The translations under genes were made by a program, and so were the position numbers. From the NCBI GenBank assembly GCA_029246605.1, contig JAQWMV010000278.1, positions 1 to 63,054 on the forward strand: a stretch of DNA of 63,054 nucleotides. The letters are read 5' to 3'. The stretch is from Pseudomonadales bacterium (lineage in GTDB: Bacteria; Pseudomonadota; Gammaproteobacteria; Pseudomonadales; Azotimanducaceae). The notes under the pieces were generated by a model that made no database searches, was not told the origin of the DNA, and saw only the letters and a program-made list of their open reading frames with translations. This document shows, in pieces, positions 58,464 through 63,054 of this stretch. Position 1 is the stretch's first letter. Each line of letters begins with the position of its first letter.

Positions 58464-60502
58464 ACCTGACTTAGTTCGTCTGGTATTGAGGTCCAGCGTC
58501 GAATTATCATATCGACCTTGTCCGGCTCTAATTCAAATATCGCATTCGATGTTGTACGCACTTCCGTTAACATATGGGCATCTCGGATTAGATCGGCGAT
58601 TTTAAATTGTAGTGCCCCAGATTGCTTACTACCCAGCAATTCACCGGGTCCGCGAATCTTTAAATCTTCTTCGGCGATGAAAAAGCCGTCATTGCTATGT
58701 CGCATTACTGCCAGGCGTTGTTTGCTCATTTCCCGAAGTGGGGGGTGATATAACAACAGGCAATGACTTTCGCCACTGCCACGACCAACCCTGCCACGAA
58801 GTTGATGCAATTGAGACAGCCCGAGCCGTTCGGAGTTTTCAATAATCATTAGGGTCGCGTTGGGAACGTCCACACCGACTTCAATCACGGTGGTCGCGAC
58901 TAGAAGATCAACGTTACCGTTCTTGAATTCCGCCATGGTTTCGGCTTTCTGTGGATAGTTCATACGACCATGGATCAGAGCGATACGAAGCTCAGGTAGC
59001 GCTTCGGTTAGGTCCTTTAAGGTTACCTCAGCAGCCTGACTTTCCAGTACTTCGGACTCTTCGATAAGGGTACAAACCCAGTATGCCTGAGCACCGTTAC
59101 CGCACAATGATCTAATGCGTTCGATCACTTCAGGCCTGCGGCTGTCAGGTAGTACACTTGTAGTAACGGGTGTTCTACCAGGTGGTAGCTCGTCGATGAT
59201 AGAAGCATCCATGTCTGCATACATACTCATGGTGAGGGTTCGAGGTATCGGTGTCGCAGTCATAATGAGCTGATGCGGTGTATTGCCACCACCCTTTTCT
59301 CGTAATGCTAATCGCTGATGGACACCAAAGCGGTGCTGCTCATCGATAATGATCAATCCTAGATTGTGGAAAACAACGTCGCTCTGGAAAAGGGCATGGG
59401 TGCCAACGATAATATTCGCCTGACCGATTTGAATTTTCTCAAGTTCTTGGCCTCTAGCTTTCCCCTTCACCTTGCCTGATAGCCACGCTACAGTGAAGCC
59501 TAACGGAGTAAGCCACTGACTGAAGGTGACGAAGTGTTGCTCCGCCAAGACTTCCGTTGGTGCCATAATTGCGGCCTGCAAATTGTTTTCAGCAGCCTGT
59601 ACGGCCGCTGCGGCTGCGACAACTGTTTTGCCAGACCCGACATCACCCTGGAGCAATCTGAGCATTGGGTTCGCTTTAGCAAGGTCGGCACTAATATCTT
59701 CCAAGACGTGTTGTTGAGCACCGGTCAGTTCGAAACCTAGATTAGTAATGAGTTCAGCACAAAGTTTCGACGGCGGTGCGAGACTGTAAGCGGTATGCGT
59801 ATCTACTTGTGCCCTGATGTAACGTAGACTGGCATGGTGTGCAAGTAATTCTTCAAATGCCAATTGAGCCTGTGCTGGATGGGTACCTGACATCAGCGCC
59901 AATATGTCTGCGTCCGCAGGTGGCTGATGAATCATCATCAGCGCAGCATTGATATCAATCGAGTTATCTCTGTTCAGTAATTCTGCTAGCGGTTCCTCGT
60001 CTAACATTATCAGCACCTGGGTTACCAAGGATCGGTAGCGAGATTGACTAAGCCCGTCGGTTGCGGGATACACCGATGTTAGGGTTTTTTCGAGCGGGCT
60101 TGAAGTTTTCTCATATTCAGGGTGGTAGATCTCGAGTCCGGAAGCGCCATTTCGGACTTCGCCAAAACAACGAATGCTGGTCGCTGAAGCAAGGTTAGCT
60201 TGTTGGGCTTTGGAGAAGTGGAAAAAACGCAGCGCAATTTTTCCAGTACTATCCTGGAGATAAGCCAACAGACTCCGACGTCTGCCATAAGCCACGTCAC
60301 ATGCGACGATGTCTCCTTCGAGCACCACGGTTTGACCTGTTTGTGCGGCGCCGATTGCGGTCACCCGGGTGCGGTCTTCATAACGCAATGGTAAATGGAA
60401 CAGCAGATCATGGAGTGTCGTAATACCCAGTCGTTCTAACTTGGTTGCCAAAGCGGGTCCAATACCCTTCAACGTTAATACAGATTTTTCGGTGAGCGAC
60501 AT
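58460..60502 (-). CDS. recG: ATP-dependent DNA helicase RecG
   Basis: 680 aa with a wedge domain, 'QGDVGSGKT', 'DEQHRFG' and 'QLRGRVGRG'. Confidence 0.95.
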   Translation of the reverse strand: MSLTEKSVLTLKGIGPALATKLERLGITTLHDLLFHLPLRYEDRTRVTAIGAAQTGQTVVLEGDIVACDVAYGRRRSLLAYLQDSTGKIALRFFHFSKAQQANLASATSIRCFGEVRNGASGLEIYHPEYEKTSSPLEKTLTSVYPATDGLSQSRYRSLVTQVLIMLDEEPLAELLNRDNSIDINAALMMIHQPPADADILALMSGTHPAQAQLAFEELLAHHASLRYIRAQVDTHTAYSLAPPSKLCAELITNLGFELTGAQQHVLEDISADLAKANPMLRLLQGDVGSGKTVVAAAAAVQAAENNLQAAIMAPTEVLAEQHFVTFSQWLTPLGFTVAWLSGKVKGKARGQELEKIQIGQANIIVGTHALFQSDVVFHNLGLIIIDEQHRFGVHQRLALREKGGGNTPHQLIMTATPIPRTLTMSMYADMDASIIDELPPGRTPVTTSVLPDSRRPEVIERIRSLCGNGAQAYWVCTLIEESEVLESQAAEVTLKDLTEALPELRIALIHGRMNYPQKAETMAEFKNGNVDLLVATTVIEVGVDVPNATLMIIENSERLGLSQLHQLRGRVGRGSGESHCLLLYHPPLREMSKQRLAVMRHSNDGFFIAEEDLKIRGPGELLGSKQSGALQFKIADLIRDAHMLTEVRTTSNAIFELEPDKVDMIIRRWTSIPDELSQV

Positions 60503-60885
60503 TAGATCACCATAATGGCATCAATCTCGATTTGTGATTGCTTTGGTAGTGCAGTGACTTCGATAACGGCGCGAGCGGGAAACGGCTCGCGTAGAAACTT
60601 ATTCATGATGGTGTTGACCCGCTCAAAGTGATCTAGATTGATGAGGAATACCGTAAACTTAACGACAGCATCAAGGCTACCACCTGCGTTCTTGCAGACA
60701 GCGTTCAGGTTATCCATAACCTGTTGAATTTGCTCGTCTATATCTTGTGAGATCAGTGTCATTGATTCGGGTAATAAGGGAATCTGTCCGCTAATGTAAA
60801 TCGTATTACCCGTTTGAATTGCTTGTGAGTAGGTTCCAATAGCCTTCGGCGCCTGGTCAGTGGTTAAACGCTTTTTTATCACCAT
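60502..60885 (-). CDS. ridA: RidA/YjgF/L-PSP family reactive-intermediate deaminase
   Basis: 127 aa starting at 'MVIKKRLTTDQAPKAIGTYSQAI' and ending '...PARAVIEVTALPK..IEIDAI'. The longer track ORF is an upstream extension into spoT. Confidence 0.85.
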   Translation of the reverse strand: MVIKKRLTTDQAPKAIGTYSQAIQTGNTIYISGQIPLLPESMTLISQDIDEQIQQVMDNLNAVCKNAGGSLDAVVKFTVFLINLDHFERVNTIMNKFLREPFPARAVIEVTALPKQSQIEIDAIMVI

Positions 60886-60892
60886 GGTAGTC

Positions 60893-62992
60893 CTAGTTTC
60901 TTGTGCGTAGGATTCTGTTGATAGACTTGAGCAGTCGTAATCGCTTGATGACCTGGGCAAGATGGACTCGGTCCCGCACAGCAATGACAACATTGACGAT
61001 ACCTAGCCTGGCATCTTTCTCGATCATGCCAATGTGCTCGATATTGGCATCTTCGTTGGTAATAGTAGAGGCCAGAATAGCTATGATGCCTTTCTCGTAT
61101 TCCAGTTCCAGGCGAAGTTCAACGGAAAACTCATGATTCACAGCGGGATCCCAGCGAACCGTCATGACTTCATCTGGTTTGTCCCGTAGGTCTTGCATGT
61201 TGCGGCAAGTATCGGTGTGGATAACGATTCCTCGACCAGCACTGATATGCCCGATAATTGGATCGCCGGGTATTGGTTTGCAGCAGCGCGCACAGGTTAC
61301 AACAAGGCCTTCTGTCCCCATTATAGCCAGCGGACCGTGTTGATCCTCCTGGTGGTCTGTCTCAAGGGTCAACAAATGTCGGGTAATCACATATGCCATT
61401 TGATTCCCGAGGCCGATTTCACTTAACAGTTCATCCATATTCTGTGCTTTCCGGTCTTTTAGAACACGTTGTATGGTTTCTTCTGGAAGATCCTCCAGAC
61501 TGGTGTTGTAAGTCGCGAGCGTTCGATTCAGTAATCGGCCACCTAGCGCAATTGATTCATTGAGTTGCTGATGCTTGAGGGCATGCCGGATACTACTTCT
61601 GGCCTTCCCTGTTATGGCGAAGTTTAGCCAGGCAGGACTTGGTTGAGCGCCTGGTGCTGTTATGATTTCGACGGTGACCCCGCTATCTAGCGTCGCACTT
61701 AGTGGTGCAAGATGTCTGTTGATCCGACAGGCAACACACGTGTTACCGATATCAGTGTGTACGGCATAGGCGAAGTCAATGGGTGTTGAACCCTGGGCAA
61801 GATCATAGATATCACCAAGAGGTGTAAACACATAAACCTCATCTGGGAAAAGGTCGATCTTAACGTTCTCGATAAACTCCAGGGAACTACCCGTACTTTG
61901 CTGGATTTCTAAGAGCCCTTTCATCCACTCTCGCGCTCGAATGTGATTGGGTGACTCTTCTGTAGATTTGTAAAGCCAGTGCCCTGCGAAACCGTTGTTG
62001 GCGATTGTCTCCATTTCGGGTGTACGAATTTGAATTTCGATAGGGAGGCCATGCATGCCGAAAAGTGTTGTATGCAATGACTGGTAGCCGTTGGCTTTGG
62101 GTATCGCGATGTAATCCTTAAAGCGCCCGGCAACGGGTTTATACAAATTGTGCATAGCGCCGAGGGTGCGATAACAAGTGTCAACTTTATCGACGATAAT
62201 ACGAAACGCATAGACATCCATGATTTCGTAAAACGATTTACGCTTGCTGCGCATTTTGTCGTAAATGCTGTACAGGTGTTTCTGACGACCGAATACTTCA
62301 GCCTCGATCCCATATCGCTTCAGACATTGCGCGATTGATTCCTGTATTTTGCCAACCACTTCCTTTCGGTTGCCGCGAGCTCGATTAACGGCTTTCTCAA
62401 TCATTGAGGAACGCAGGGGATATAACGCTCTGAAGCCAAGTTCCTCTAATTCTACTCTGACATTGTTCATGCCAAGTCGATTGGCGATTGGGGCATAGAT
62501 TTCGAGTGTTTCCCGCGCGATTCGCCGTCGTTGTTCCCCATCGAGGGCATCCAGCGTTCGCATATTGTGCATACGATCTGCGAGCTTGACGAGGATAACC
62601 CGAATGTCTTTTGCCATCGCCAGGGTCATCTTTTGGAAATTCTCCGCCTGAGCTTCAGCGCGAGATTCAAACAGCATGGTATTTAGCTTACTGACACCAT
62701 CGACCAGATCAGCAACCTGACTGTCGAATTCTTTACTAATGATGTGCTTGGGTACGCCGGTGTCTTCGATGACGTCATGTAGGAGTGCGGCCATCAGGCA
62801 CTGATGATCCATATGCATATCTGCAAGGATGGAAGCAACTGCCAGGGGGTGAGAAATATAGGGTTCACCGGATTGTCTCGTTTGCCCGGTATGTGCTTCC
62901 TCAGCGAAAAGGTAGGCTTTTTTAACCTGCTGGATGAGCTCGGGTTCCAGGTAGTTATCTAGGGAATGGGCAAGGCTGTCAATAGTTAGCAA
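60893..62992 (-). CDS. spoT: Bifunctional (p)ppGpp synthetase/hydrolase SpoT
   Basis: 699 aa with an intact HD hydrolase motif ('HPLAVA...LLHDVIEDT'), a synthetase domain, and TGS and ACT regions. It uses a TTG start. Confidence 0.9.
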   Translation of the reverse strand: MLTIDSLAHSLDNYLEPELIQQVKKAYLFAEEAHTGQTRQSGEPYISHPLAVASILADMHMDHQCLMAALLHDVIEDTGVPKHIISKEFDSQVADLVDGVSKLNTMLFESRAEAQAENFQKMTLAMAKDIRVILVKLADRMHNMRTLDALDGEQRRRIARETLEIYAPIANRLGMNNVRVELEELGFRALYPLRSSMIEKAVNRARGNRKEVVGKIQESIAQCLKRYGIEAEVFGRQKHLYSIYDKMRSKRKSFYEIMDVYAFRIIVDKVDTCYRTLGAMHNLYKPVAGRFKDYIAIPKANGYQSLHTTLFGMHGLPIEIQIRTPEMETIANNGFAGHWLYKSTEESPNHIRAREWMKGLLEIQQSTGSSLEFIENVKIDLFPDEVYVFTPLGDIYDLAQGSTPIDFAYAVHTDIGNTCVACRINRHLAPLSATLDSGVTVEIITAPGAQPSPAWLNFAITGKARSSIRHALKHQQLNESIALGGRLLNRTLATYNTSLEDLPEETIQRVLKDRKAQNMDELLSEIGLGNQMAYVITRHLLTLETDHQEDQHGPLAIMGTEGLVVTCARCCKPIPGDPIIGHISAGRGIVIHTDTCRNMQDLRDKPDEVMTVRWDPAVNHEFSVELRLELEYEKGIIAILASTITNEDANIEHIGMIEKDARLGIVNVVIAVRDRVHLAQVIKRLRLLKSINRILRTRN

Positions 62993-63054
62993 GGCGTACC
63001 CCCGCTAACACGTTGTCTGTTCTTAGAATATTGAGTCTGGTTGGTCAAATCCAT

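Noticed and set aside
63023-63054. A possible 3' end of rpoZ upstream of spoT, reading '...GFDQPDSIF*' on the minus strand.
   Set aside because: Only about 9 codons fall inside the window and there is no diagnostic motif. The call rests on synteny alone.

Overview
This window is the chromosomal replication-origin neighbourhood of a gammaproteobacterium, with gene order closely matching the Pseudomonas/Cellvibrionales type. The candidate oriC is the AT-rich rpmH-dnaA intergenic region (about 32.06-32.65 kb). Genes diverge from it. dnaA-dnaN-dnaN-recF-gyrB run leftward on the minus strand. rpmH-rnpA-yidD-yidC-mnmE-mnmG-rsmG-parA-parB-atpIBEFHAGDC-glmU-glmS-uvrD run rightward on the plus strand. 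The left arm continues with gmhB-glyS-glyQ, tag, lpxL, trkH-trkA-rsmB-fmt-def, a purE-tsaC-aroE-yheV block, a complete aa3-type cytochrome c oxidase cluster with assembly genes, a two-gene ergothioneine module (egtB-egtD) and thrB. The right arm ends with a TRAP transporter, ubiA, a rubredoxin, recG, ridA and spoT. I saw no rRNA, tRNA, CRISPR array, IS element or integrase. The most unusual feature is two full-length, strongly diverged beta-sliding-clamp genes in tandem between dnaA and recF. The dnaA-proximal copy carries substitutions at positions that line the partner-binding pocket in E. coli beta. Other notable points are two parS sites inside recF (one a perfect 16-bp palindrome) and three decayed genes in an otherwise intact housekeeping region. 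The decayed genes are a LysM/TsaP-like gene with one nonsense codon and two frameshifts, a short dprA remnant, and a DAACS symporter with one in-frame TAA. The oxidase cluster also lacks a heme A synthase gene. All calls rest on reading the ORF translations and the DNA by eye; no database search was run.
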